Below are positions 24,437-36,637 of a DNA stretch of 64,000 nt, in pieces (the stretch's first letter is position 1; every line of letters begins with the position of its first letter). The notes beneath the pieces were generated by a model. It ran no database searches, was not told the origin of the DNA, and worked only from the letters and a program-made list of their open reading frames with translations. A program made the position numbers and the translations under genes. The DNA comes from Adineta steineri (Eukaryota). The stretch is from positions 59,707-123,706 of the forward strand of contig CAJNOI010000163.1 in NCBI GenBank assembly GCA_905250115.1, in the 5' to 3' direction.

Positions 24437-25847
24437 TTAAGTGCTTTTTCCTTCAATCCATGAAACAGAAACAATAGCCACAGAAATTTGATCTGCAAAT
24501 GTTTGTTGACCATTTTCAAAAACTAAAGCGATATTATCTCCATTACCGAGAACTGTCATATCAGAATAGGAACTAAGTCCCAAATAAAGTATACGAGATA
24601 TTGGCCATGAATGGGCTTCATCATATGAAAGTCGAAGAGTTAAATTTGAACGTATTGTTGCATTTGATGGTCCACTGAAAAGAATACGACTAGGAATTGT
24701 AGATATGCGTTCGATCGAACAAACTACACCAGTCCATGATTTGGTAACTGGTTCTATTAATGATGAATCAATTCCAAATTCAGTAAATTCATCTGCACCA
24801 TTAGTAGAACGTGCAAAATAACGATGTCCAGGTATTGGTGAAAAATTTCTTCCATTTAAATAAATATGTGAAGTACTCGCATTAGTAGCAATCAATTGTA
24901 CAAGCTGTGATTCTCGAGTGTATTGTTGTGCTATACCTGTGAAATTCCACTCTCGTTTTTGATTTTTTATTGGCATTTTACTTTTTAGTACACATGCATA
25001 ACAACTTGGACATGAACCATTAACTCCTGGATGACTTGATCCATTTGTACATACAAATGGCATCTATAGTAGATGTAGATTCTAGCTAATAAGTAGAACT
25101 TTACTTATATTTATCATACCAATAATGTTCCAGTGTCAGAACAATTTCTAACTTCACATAGTGATCCAATGATCTATAATATAAATCATCTATGAATATA
25201 ATAACTATGAAAATACTATACCTCAATACCATGACCAACAGCAGGTTTTATTGATTTACTAAAAGGTGAAGGAGGAAATACATTCAATGGTATTGGGTCT
25301 GACCATGTCATTCCCTATACGAGAATAAATACATAATAAAAATGAAATAGTTTACATTCTTTTTAAAATTTACTTCATTTGTAGATGTAAAAACAAGAAC
25401 TGATGAAAGTACTTGTAACATCAGATAAACCATGTTTGACGTACTATCCCATACTACAGTATAGAAATCGATATTTCCTCTGTATACTGTTTGGGCAGGA
25501 AGCCAAGTGAATCCACTATCTTCTGAACGACGCATTTCTAATCCACCATCCTCATTTTGACTGATATGTTTTTCTAGTCCGTCTTCCAATGCTGGTGCAC
25601 AATTATTTACAAATCGACCTTCGGCAAATACGATCATATTAGTTCTTTGAACATTGGTAGTTAGAATAGCTGGCTATGAAATTCTTTTTTACTAGAAAGA
25701 TTCAATGTATCATATATATATATTACTTACTTGACGATAACATGGATATTTACCATCATATGGTTTAAAAACTGTAAAAATTTGTGGATCTTTTGTATTG
25801 ATATTTGAAACTAGTGTCATCATTATCAAAATAATAAATACTTGCAT
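24437..25847 (-). CDS. Sialidase (exo-alpha-sialidase/neuraminidase, BNR/Asp-box repeats), secreted, about 4 exons.
   Basis: Exon 1 (25847 to about 25731) MQVFIILIMMTLVSNINT… signal peptide ending …YRQ|. Exon 2 has the Asp-box SEDSGFTW. The last exon (about 25068 to 24437) has DEAHSWPIS and FENGQ. Splice sites gtaag/…ag are found on the minus strand. Confidence 0.65.
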
Positions 25848-26151
25848 TTCTGTTAAAAATATGATCAACACCATATCTACAATAAAATTTTACTCACTTG
25901 AGTTGCATTTAATACTACGAAAGACTAACTGATATCATCATCTTTACCTGTGTAAGAAGAATAGATATGCTTTATATATAAAAGTGAAGAATATATTTAA
26001 AAACGACAACCACAATCGAGTGAGATTATGGTAGATAAAAAATAAATATATATATATAGGTACCAACTGATAAAATTATTAAATATCAATTTCTTAAGAT
26101 TAATATATAGAAATATGTTTATTTAATTCATGAAAGTGATATAAGAGTACG

Positions 26152-26802
26152 TTAATCTAATCGTGTTAAATTTCTAATAGTCACTTTTTGTCCTTGTGAC
26201 AAAAGGCACACAGCTGGTATAACAACAGCACCTGAATTAGGTAATTCTTTCGTTGGTGTTCGAACACCATCTATAATAAATGTAAATTTTCCAATTTCTT
26301 TTCTCGAAGGAAGATTCAATTCTAATCCAATTACTCCACTATCTCCATTAAATTTTGGTAAATTACCATGGATAGAGTCTGTACCAGATACAATATCACC
26401 AGTCGATGGATCATAAGACCATGCAGTCTGGGAAGCACCTAAATAACCAAAAAATCCCCAGTCAGGACCAAGATTCCAATCTAGTAAGAAGCCAACACCA
26501 ATCTGACCACTTTTCATAGCTTCTACATTAAATTCTAAAAACCATTTGCCTGAATGTAATTTTGATTTTGTTGGAATTGGAATCCAACTTGCCTCATATG
26601 GTTTTAACCATTCTACAGTACGATTATCGTTGCTAAACTTAAGAACATTATTCGGTGTTTTGTCTGAATTAAATTGAAATTCACCAAAGTTATTCAAATT
26701 GTCTGATGAAAAAGTGGAAGAATCCAGTAGATGCGGTTCTTTTGAGTTTTTGATAGAATTAGATTTCTTGGAATTTTGTTTGTTTGCCATAATCAAGTTC
26801 AA
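26152..26802 (-). CDS. SPRY (B30.2-like) domain protein, intronless, 216 aa.
   Basis: GKWFLEFNVEAMKSGQIGVGFLLDWNLGP…WGFFGYLGASQTAWSYDPSTGDIVSG…VIGLELNL…KFTFIIDGV matches the SPRY beta-sandwich consensus (W.E..h….G..hGh… W.ydg). Confidence 0.6.
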   Translation of the reverse strand: MNLIMANKQNSKKSNSIKNSKEPHLLDSSTFSSDNLNNFGEFQFNSDKTPNNVLKFSNDNRTVEWLKPYEASWIPIPTKSKLHSGKWFLEFNVEAMKSGQIGVGFLLDWNLGPDWGFFGYLGASQTAWSYDPSTGDIVSGTDSIHGNLPKFNGDSGVIGLELNLPSRKEIGKFTFIIDGVRTPTKELPNSGAVVIPAVCLLSQGQKVTIRNLTRLD

Positions 26803-27507
26803 TAGATTGTAATAAATTTGATGCGTTATCTAATAAGAAAATAATATTTATAGCTTTCATAAATTTATTTTCTATGAGTATGGTTTTTCTTCAGTTAGTA
26901 AAATGTACTAAAAAATTGATCACAAGCGTACTTTGAACATCAAAACTGTTGAAAAATTACATGATCTCACATTTTTCATGTAGAAAATGTAAGGAATTAT
27001 TACTATTAAGTATGAAAGTTAATAAGTATTGGCTCTAAATCAAACAATTTTGGAACTTTCCTCTATGCATATAAATATAGTGTCATACATAAAGTTTGCT
27101 TCATGTTCTTCTCATCATTCGCTTAGGTAACCATTGAAATTTATCTACAGAATATTTCACATGTATTTTTTGTTACCTCACAATAGGTCATACTTAATAC
27201 CATAACTTACCGACACTGTCCGTATAAAAGAAAAACTATGAATAAAGTTCTATCGATACACAAAAAATCGGTCAAATTCAATTGAATCGAAGTGGTAATA
27301 TTGGAATGTCTTATTGCATTGTTATTTATAGGTCACCTTGTAGTATGATGAATCACAATGACACGTCATTTGTCTACAAACACGAATTAGTCATTCAATG
27401 TAAAATTCATGTTTCTAACGATTAAGAAAGGAACAACCGATTACATGGCGTAGAGGCTGTGTAATTGATAGATAGCGCTATTTAGCAATTATATAAGAAA
27501 TTACTAG

Positions 27508-27552
27508 CAGATATGATGGTTGAGGGTGGGTGACCCACACTCACCCTCAAGA
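27508..27552. repeat. Telomere-motif micro-hairpin (ggttgagggtgggtgacccacactcaccctcaag).
   Basis: Near-palindromic. Shares the CACCC(A)CCCTCAA(G) end motif with the copies at 37893 and 55060. Confidence 0.5.
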
Positions 27553-28442
27553 TGGTTCAAACCAAAGAAAGTATTTTTATTGACTTTATTTGAATGATTA
27601 TTTCAATAGAACGGTAAACATCTTTAATCATTTATTTGTCTTATTTTTGTATTTTAGTTCATTTCGTCAGACGACACTGAGGCATTATGCGAAACTAAAA
27701 AAGATTTTCGCGGCTACTACAAAACCCTTTTTTAGTTTCGTATGACGCCTTTTTTGTTTTCATTGTATCTAAAATTTATTGTAAACAGATCAAAACATAT
27801 ATGCTAGCAACCAGTGGGTTTCTACTGTATTTCACTGGAACACAACCTTATACAAGGAGTTCGTAGCTATCGATCTAACATTACTCGATGATGAAACTTA
27901 CAACTATTGTTTTTCTTCGATTGATATATTAAATTCTAGTTTTCAATTACGGATATTTGTAAAAAACTGATAACCAATATGACGTGGTTTCATACAAAAT
28001 ATAGAACACATAAATAACACTGTTTTTTGTTTTTATTTCACAAAATTCTATCGTTTCATTCTGTCATGAAATAATCAAATACAATGTTAGAAAAAGTAAA
28101 TTAAAAAACGTTTTATTACAAAACCTATTGATCTATTCTTATTCGGACTTTATTCAATCGAGTTAACAACAAAATATTCGTTCCTCTTGTATATCACTTT
28201 ATCACTAGAACTTAAGGAAAAAAATTAATAAATTCTGTTTCTTATCTCAGTGTATACTTTGTCGTCATTATTTTGCATTCTCTTCTCTTCAAATAAGTAA
28301 TTTCATCACTTTGAGAAATTGATAACATATCACAAATATAAACTCACGTAAAACGAAAGAAACAAAGCAACAATATATTTCATTCTACCAACATAAAGCG
28401 CCATACAAAGCCATCGCAGCAGTTTTAACCAACGTCGAAGAA

Positions 28443-31400
28443 AATGCCTGCTACGTTTCTTACATTACCGGTAGAGCTTGTCTACCGAATTCTGGATCAT
28501 CAGAGTGATTTAACAATAGTATGCTCAATGCAAAATGTGTGCCAACGGTTCAATGCAATTCTCAGCAGTTACCATCGATACCAAGTAAACTTTGTTTAAT
28601 CATGATTATCTATCTTTCTGCTATTTCTGAATTGCGTTCCATTCTTACCATCTATATCTCTGAGAAAATGCCTGAATAAAATAATGACGAAGCATATTAA
28701 TTCATCAAGCATTAATCTCCCCAAACGATTTATATACAGCACCATAGAAATAGAAAAGAAAAATGAAAATATACGTAAAAATCATATTCTCTTTACTTCT
28801 CTAAAAACTCCACTGTTTCCGCATCGTTTTTACCCGTCCATGTGCAATATTTAGAAGAAAAAGGAAAGGAGAAATTGTCTTTACCTGCATACCTGGACTA
28901 TTATTCATATATCTTTCGCGTTGAAACGAACTGTTTGGTAAAGACTGAAGGCTTCACAGGAGTTGTAGCTGAAATAAATCAATTATCCTTGATCAGGTTG
29001 ATTTTGCAGCCAGAAGATATCTAATATTATATAACATACTACTAGTTTTTTTCATTTCATATGAGCACATATTATTTCAGACAGGCTATACTTCGATTTA
29101 ATTAGTGGCATATGCCAGAATAAAGAAATGTGATAACACTCAGAGAGCCTACATATAGATCTTAAACATTTACACAGTTACGAACAGCATGAGCTCCTAC
29201 GATTCTATTAATTGTTTAATATCTAAATCATGTATAAACCTCTCTACGAACAATTAATCATCAAAAAACAGAGATGAGATAACCTTTTACAGATATGCGA
29301 CAAGATTTACTGAAGAACTACTAAACTGTAAATGATATACTCATAGCTAAATATTCAAATAAAACTTTGTTTACTTGATCACTAAATTCAACATCTATAT
29401 TGAAATATCTCAGTTTTCAATAGCAACACAGAACAATTCTTTGGCGCATAACATGACAGAAACTTCTCTGATCTGACTTGCTTAATTGAATATGATTGGA
29501 CATTCAGAAAGAATACTTGAATATATCGAGCAATACTTGATCATAAGCTTTATCTACAGTAACCCGATTGATTCCTTCTCTCTCATAATATTTTCCTTAA
29601 TTTTTCAACTCTCCAAGGTGGAGATTTGCAAAAAGTGAAATACCGAACTGTTCTATCCTCATCTCTTTCCACAAGATTTAACCAATGTCTCATACAGCAA
29701 TATGATAACTCTTCGTCCCTCTTTATCTATTCAATCTACTAATCTATATTGTTTCATACAGACACTCACCAACTTAAATCTCTTCTTCAATGAGCTCGGA
29801 GATCTTGGAGCACAGCAGCTAGCAAGTGCGTTACGAAATAATAAGGTAGATATCATTTTGTTCCACATCTATTTCATATATCCATCTGTAATTTTTCATG
29901 CAGACACTCACTATATTAAATCTTATATACAATCAAATCGGACATGCAGGAGCACAACATTTAGCAGATGGGTTACGAACTAATATGGTAAACATGATTC
30001 ATTTCCTCATCTATTTCATATATACATCTGCACTTTTTCATACAGACACTTACTACATTAGACCTCGCCCGCAATCACATCAAACATGTCGGAGCACGGC
30101 ATCTAGCAGATGCATTACGAACTAATACAGTAAATATCATTCTTTTCCTCATCTATTTCATATATACACCCGCACTTTTTCATGCAGACACTTAGCACAT
30201 TAAATCTCTGCCACAATGAAATCGGAGCTGTTGGAGCACAGCATCTAGCAAATGCATTACGAAATAATAAGGTAAATATTATTCCGTTCCACATCTATTT
30301 CATATATGTATCTGCACGTTTTTATACAGACACTTAACACATTAAATATTGAGAGCAATCAAATCGGAGATGTCGGTGCACAGCATCTAGCAGATACATT
30401 ACGAAATAATAAGGTAAGTATCATTCTGTTCCAGATCTATGTCATCTACACTTCTTCATGCAGACACTTATCACATTAAATCTTTGGAGCAATCAAATCG
30501 GAGATGTTGGAGCACAGCATCTAGCAGATGCATTACGAAATAATACAGTAAATAGCATTCTCTTTCTCATGTATTTCATACATTCATCTGGACTTTTTCA
30601 TGCAGACACTTACTAGCGTAGATCTCGGCAGCAATCAAATTAGAGATGTTGGAGCACAGCATCTAGCCGATGCCTTACAAAATAATACGGTAATTACCAT
30701 TGTCTTTCTCATCTACTTTATATATTCATCTACGCTTTTTCATACAGGCACTTACCACATTAAATCTTCGCAGCAATCATATCGGACATGTAGGAGCACA
30801 GGATCTAGCAAATGTATTACGAAATAATAAAGTAATTATCATTGTCTTGCTCATCTATCTTATATATCTATCTGCAATTTTTTATGCAGACACTTAGCAC
30901 ATTAAATCTCTACCACAATGAAATCGGAGCTGTTGGAGCACAGCATCTAGCAAATGCATTACGAAATAATAAGGTAAATATTATTCCGTTCCTCATCTAT
31001 TTCATATATCCATCTGCACTTTTTCACTCAGATACTTACGACATTAGATGTCGGCGACAATAAAATCGGATATGCAGGAGTACAGCATCTAGCAGATGCA
31101 TTACGAAATAATACGGTAAAAATCAGTATCTTGCTCATCTATTTTATATATCTATCTGCACTTTTTCATGCAGTCACTTACTAGGTTAGATCTCGCCAGC
31201 AATCAAATTAGAGATATTGGAGCACAGCATCTAGCCGATGCCTTACAAAATAATACGGTAATTACCATTGTCTTTCTCATCTACTTTATATATTCGTCTG
31301 CACTTTTTCATACAGACACTTAGCACATTAAATCTCGACCACGATGAAATCACAGATGTTGGAGTACAGCATCTAGCAAATGCATTACGAAATAATAAGG

Positions 31401-32270
31401 TAATTATCATTGTCTTGCTCATCTATTTCTTGTAACCATATGCGCATTTTGATGCAGACACCTATCACATTAAGTCTCGCGTGGAATAAAATCGGAGCTG
31501 TTGGAGCACAGTATCTAGCAGATGAATTACGAGATAATAAGGTAAATATCATTATATGCTTCGTCAATCTCATATATCCATGCGTACTTTGTCATACAGA
31601 CACTTACCACATTACATCTATCTGGGAATAGAATTGGAGATGTTGGAGCACAGCATCTAGCCGATGCCTTACAAAATAATACGGTAATTACCATTGTCTT
31701 TCTCATCTACTTTATATATTCGTCTGCACTTTTTCATACAGACACTTAGCACATTAAATCTCGACCACGATGAAATCACAGATGTTGGAGTACAGCATCT
31801 AGCAAATGCATTACGAAATAATAAGGTAATTATCATTGTCTTGCTCATCTATTTCTTGTAACCATATGCGCATTTTGATGCAGACACCTATCACATTAAG
31901 TCTCGCGTGGAATAAAATCGGAGCTGTTGGAGCACAGTATCTAGCAGATGAATTACGAGATAATAAGGTAAATATCATTATATGCTTCGTCAATCTCATA
32001 TATCCATGCGTACTTTGTCATACAGACACTTACCACATTACATCTATCTGGGAATAGAATTGGAGATGTTGGAGCACAGCATCTAGCCGATGCCTTACAA
32101 AATAATACGGTAATTACCATTGTCTTTCTCATCTATTTTATATATCCATTTGCACTTTTTCTTGCAGACACTTACCACATTAGATCTCGCGTACAATAAA
32201 ATCGGAGAGAAACTTGAGGGTGAAATCAATGAGTTCATTGTACAGAACAAGAAAGTGTCAAAGATGTGAA
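28443..32270 (+). CDS. F-box / RNI-type leucine-rich-repeat protein. Its LRR region is encoded by about 18 tandem 84-bp exons, each followed by a 58-bp intron.
   Basis: Exon 1 MPATFLTLPVELVYRILDHQSDLTIVCSMQNVCQRFNAILSSYHRYQ|gtaaac is an F-box. From 29761 each exon reads TLTxLNLxxNxIGDVGAQHLADALRNNK (RNI LRR) in phase 0, and each intron is gtaa…atctatttcatatatccatctgcactttttcatgcag. The last exon ends …YNKIGEKLEGEINEFIVQNKKVSKM stop (32270). The exons between 28587 and 29700 are unresolved. Confidence 0.6.
29761..32200 (+). repeat. Tandem array of 142-bp units (84-bp LRR exon plus 58-bp intron), about 18 copies, with a 100% identical 426-bp (3-unit) tandem duplication at about 31217-32124.
   Basis: Unit starts at 29761, 29904, … 30606, 30748, 30890, … 31458, … 31842. 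ORF pairs 31385..31573 / 31811..31999 and 31410..31631 / 31836..32057 are identical and offset by exactly 426 bp. Confidence 0.85.
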
Positions 32271-32773
32271 TGTTGATATCGACGATATACGGATTACTAC
32301 TAGAAAACTATTGATGCATTTATAAATAATTTTTTTTTGTTCTGTGTTATCGTAATCAAATATAAATAAAACTACTTTGCGGTGATATTTGTGATAGTTG
32401 ATGGAACTTTATATCATACTACAAAATTATGCATAATTGAATCTCGTTATTTGAAAAGGGACATATGTTAGAGTACCACAGTGCGTTACGGAATTTCATT
32501 TTTTTCACTTGTTGAATCCATATCTCTTCGATATCAAAAGAAATGTCTTGCAATTTTCATCAGAAATTCAGACTGTTAAGTTCTATTACCAGTAAATAAT
32601 TCATGAGGTTCCATGTTTTAGAAACAGAGTTATGGAAGAAACACTAATTCATCAGTGAAAATTTCAACAAAATCTTTGATATTTTGTTTTTTTCATTTGA
32701 TTCGATGTGAATAGTTTTATAATTTTCTAAATCATCTATTTGCAAAGATCAACTTGTTAAAGAGGGTGTTTTT

Positions 32774-32802
32774 AATGATACGGCGACCACCGAGATCTAC
32801 AC
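32774..32802 (+). other. Exact Illumina P5 flow-cell adapter sequence (AATGATACGGCGACCACCGAGATCTACAC) embedded in the assembly. This is an assembly/contamination artefact.
   Basis: 29/29 nt identity to the P5 oligo, read directly from the sequence at 32774-32802, in an otherwise AT-rich intergenic region. Confidence 0.9.
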
Positions 32803-33592
32803 TCCCATCCTCAAAATCTTTAATGAATTGATAGTATAAAATACGAGTGATAGCGACAGAGGAAGAGAGAGCAAGCACATCCCAAAGAGAGTAGAGAAAG
32901 AAATACTCCGTAGAAAATTCTTGAATTCAACAGGAAGGAAAAAAGAAAGCGAACATGTACTATTAACAAATTAGTAAGGGATGTTCTAGAAAAGGACGTC
33001 TGTCACTGATTATGAACATCTTTCTTGGCATAGTCATGCTTTTTTCAAGGTAAAATAGATCTGATATAAATTTTCTGATGCGCCTTTCATGCGTTAATAT
33101 ACAAACATTTGTATATTTGACAGGCGATCTTTTTTTCCAAAGAACCAACCTTGCAAAAGCAATTCTTTCTGATGTTTGTTTCATTCAAAATAGTTAATTT
33201 GACATTTTATGACGACAGTTATCTGTCTGTTATATAAATAGCACACAGATAGTTCCCACGATTTTTTAAAGAAATATTTTAACTAATGTCTGAACCCTTC
33301 TTCATTTTTTTATAAGAAGATTTTTTCTTGATACATCTCTTAGTGCATTTTTGTAAACTGAGAAAATATTTTTATCTTTAATGGACAGGATACTAAAAAT
33401 CATACTGTCAATACACACCTCACAGGAGAAAAAATGAGAGAACATCCGAACGTCTTATTCCGTATATATACACATTAGATAATTTACTTGACAGGCATAA
33501 TTTTTATTTCTGGAATATACTTAGACGATTACTTTGGATAGTTTGAAAAAATATTAATCTACTACAAACACGATATTCTTCGAATATATTAA

Positions 33593-34576
33593 ATGGCTAG
33601 TATTACATTGAAAGACATTGCTTTCGTCAATAACACAGCAACGAATGAAACATTATCATATCCAGTCAGCGGAATAGTTTTATCAAAAATGACTCGTTTT
33701 TGGATTCTTCTTATTTTTGAAGTTCCATCACTTTTCTGTTGTGTTTTATTACTTTATTATTTATGCTTTGATCGGATACAAAGAAATGCACTCAATAACC
33801 ATGTCATCATTGCTATTCTCATCTTTAATTTTTTCTTGCTGATTATTGATATTCCAAATTATCTTACACTTTTTCGTCTTCACTATGTCTGGCCATCAAC
33901 ACCAATTAACTGTTATATCTGGTTAGTTGTAGATATAGCTGGCTATTATGGATTAGGTATACTTATGGCATGGGCTTCGATCGAAAGGCACATTTTAGTA
34001 TTTCATCATCAATGGCTTAATACTTTAAAGAAACGTATTTTTATTCATTATATTCCATTAGCTGCAATTATTTTGTATCTGTCTATTTTCTACACTATAC
34101 TTATTTTCTTTGTGCCTTGTGATCATACATTAAATTACGCAGCATATACTTGTGGAGGTGCATGTGCGTATGAAATAGCAGCTCTTTCGATGTATGATGG
34201 ATTCGTCAATGGTGATATACCCTGTTTTGTAACTACAATATTCAACATTTTACTGGTTATTCGTGTTATCAAACAAAAACAACGTCTTCATCAACATGTA
34301 CAATGGCGTAAACATCGAAGAATGATTATACAACTGCTCGCGTGTGCCGGACTCTTTATTGTATTCAATCTTCCTCTGGTATGCATTTATGTCGCTCAAG
34401 CATTCGGTGTACCGTATGGTGCAACTGGTCAATTTGAGTATTTTGTTTATTTTCTGGCTTATTTCATTATGCTTTGGATGCCTTTCGTGTGTCTTGGATC
34501 ATCACCAGAAATCTTATCAAAAATAAAGAGAATAATGAAACCACAACGTATCAACACTACAATTACTCCACATTAA
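33593..34576 (+). CDS. Intronless seven-transmembrane receptor-like protein (rhodopsin-class-like GPCR, orphan), 327 aa.
   Basis: Seven hydrophobic segments. ASIERHILVF sits at the TM3 end (E/DRY-like ERH). Basic ICL3 KQKQRLHQHVQWRKHRR. NLPLV…WMPFVCL in TM6/7. Confidence 0.5.
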   Translation: MASITLKDIAFVNNTATNETLSYPVSGIVLSKMTRFWILLIFEVPSLFCCVLLLYYLCFDRIQRNALNNHVIIAILIFNFFLLIIDIPNYLTLFRLHYVWPSTPINCYIWLVVDIAGYYGLGILMAWASIERHILVFHHQWLNTLKKRIFIHYIPLAAIILYLSIFYTILIFFVPCDHTLNYAAYTCGGACAYEIAALSMYDGFVNGDIPCFVTTIFNILLVIRVIKQKQRLHQHVQWRKHRRMIIQLLACAGLFIVFNLPLVCIYVAQAFGVPYGATGQFEYFVYFLAYFIMLWMPFVCLGSSPEILSKIKRIMKPQRINTTITPH

Positions 34577-35520
34577 TCAGTAAACATTTTACTTAGTTAC
34601 ATATATGTTGTATTGTACATTCGTTCGTAATTCGATTGCTTATATTTATTTGTCGTAGTTAGATGCGTGAGGCTGTACACATGAGTCTAACATGAATTCC
34701 TAAATAATACCCACCCATACCCATTTCTTCTTCTTATTATTATTGTAAAATAAATTAATGACTAAAATCGTTCTTTTATCAATTCTTAAAGCATATCATT
34801 GTCGATGTTGATGAGAAACAAAGCAAGTTTTTCATTAATCAAACTTTTTTTTGTTGTTTGTTTTTTAAACGAATAAAATTTATTTGTGGATGTGAATGTA
34901 AGTCTCGATGAAAAGAATAATCACACCCACACATAACAACATATAAATAATTTAAATTAAATAAATTCAACCAATAATAATAATATAATTAAATTTTATT
35001 CACAAGAAAATACTCAAAATTCATATTTAATAATACATCGTTCAGTACATGTACTATTTAAATCTTTTTAATAAATTGCCTGATAATGATACTTGTTATA
35101 GTATTAAAGAATTTCATATATTTCGTTTAATCGCCAATTCTTTTTAGAAATTTTGAAGATATGAGAAGAATTAATTATTATTTTATTTCTAAGAGTATAA
35201 ACTGAAGTTTAACAGAGAAAATTAAATTATTATTTTAACTATCACATCATCTCACGATACATCGCGTAGGCTATATGAATAATGTTGTTTTGCACTCGAT
35301 TGTTCTGCACACATACACGACTTTTTCTTTTCTATATGATATCATTGGTGTGCGTCTGATCATATTAGCGTTCGTATAGTATATAAATGTTATTATTTTT
35401 ACGTTATGCATGAGTGAAAAGCATGTTTTATTTTGATAAAATAACGATGTATGATCGAAGATAAATGAATCTTATACTTATAGTTTGATTTTTGATTGTA
35501 TAAACTAAAAACGAAACGAA

Positions 35521-36637
35521 TGGCAAGTAATTCGACTAAACCTCATCCTTGGTTTGAAATTTGTCATTCACGTCCATCAGCTAAATACCAAGTATTTATA
35601 TTTCCAGGAGCTGGTGTACCAGGTATGAATTTATTATTTAATCAATTTTATTAATTCTTTTTTTTTCTATTAAATTAAGGTTTTTATTATAATAATTGGG
35701 ATAAAGATTTTCCTGAATATGAATTTTCATTAGTAATTTATCCTGGAAGAGCAAAACGACTTGGTGAAAAATGTTTAACAACTATAGAAGAATATCTTAC
35801 TCAATTAGATCAAGAACTTCTACCATATATGACGAAACCATGTATTTTTATTGGTCATAGGTATATTATTAAGTTATAAAAGTTTGATATTTTATTTTTC
35901 TAATATTTATTTAATTTTAGTATTGGAACTATAATTAGTTTTGCATTCGCTAGACATATAATTGAAACAACAAATAAAGGAGATTTAATTAAATTAATAC
36001 TTGCAATGGGACGAGGAGCACCTCATACAGCAGGTTTGAATGAATTTTGTTTCATAAAGAAAAAAGTTTCATTATAAAAAAAAATAGATACTGTTTTGGA
36101 GGGTGATCAATCTTATGTTGAACAGACGGATGAAGAACTTGTTCAACACTTAAAACAATCAGCAGGTCTGATTATTTTTAATTTTATTCTTATGTAAAGA
36201 ATTCTATTTATTTAGATCCTAACACAGTAGAAATTTATGATTATCAACCATTTGTTGATATGGTATTACCTATGTACAGAGCTGATGCAAAAGTTAGTTA
36301 CATTTTGACTATTATTAAAAATTCAAATTTTCATTTTAGATTGGCAATGTATCAGTTTCATCTACTCCAATAAATACTCCAATTATTGTTTATGAAGGAG
36401 AAAAAGATGAAGGTCTCAATATAGAATCTTTAAATAGGTAGAAGAGAATTTGTTTTTTATATATAAATGAAAGAATATAATTTCCATATTTAGATGGTTA
36501 GAATTAACAACAAATAAAGATTTATTTCGTGTTCGACTGTTTCCTGGACATCATAATTTTCAATCTGAATGTCAAAATCAAGTATTACAATGTATGAAAG
36601 AAGATTTTAATAATGTTTTAAATAATTCAAAAGTTTA
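35521..36637 (+). CDS. Type II thioesterase (OLAH / SAST-like alpha/beta hydrolase), about 7 exons.
   Basis: MASNSTKPHPWFEI…QVFIFPGAGVPG|…FYYNNWDKDF…IFIGHS|IGTIISFAFARH (GxSxG nucleophile elbow)…PIIVYEGEKDEG…RLFPGHHNF (catalytic His) … stop at 36637. Introns 50-60 bp. Confidence 0.65.

Noticed and set aside
29702-31999. ORFs 29702..29983, 29898..30125, 30600..30827, 30700..30897, 30842..31063, 31410..31631, 31836..32057 and minus-strand 31385..31573 / 31811..31999
   Set aside because: These are read-throughs of one LRR exon into the following intron (or antisense to it) within the tandem cassette array. They are not independent genes.
29761-32200. Regular 142-bp spaced repeats that superficially resemble a CRISPR array
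   Set aside because: The window is eukaryotic. The repeats are 84-bp LRR-encoding exons with conserved GT-AG introns, all in one reading frame, and there is no repeat-spacer structure with unique spacers.
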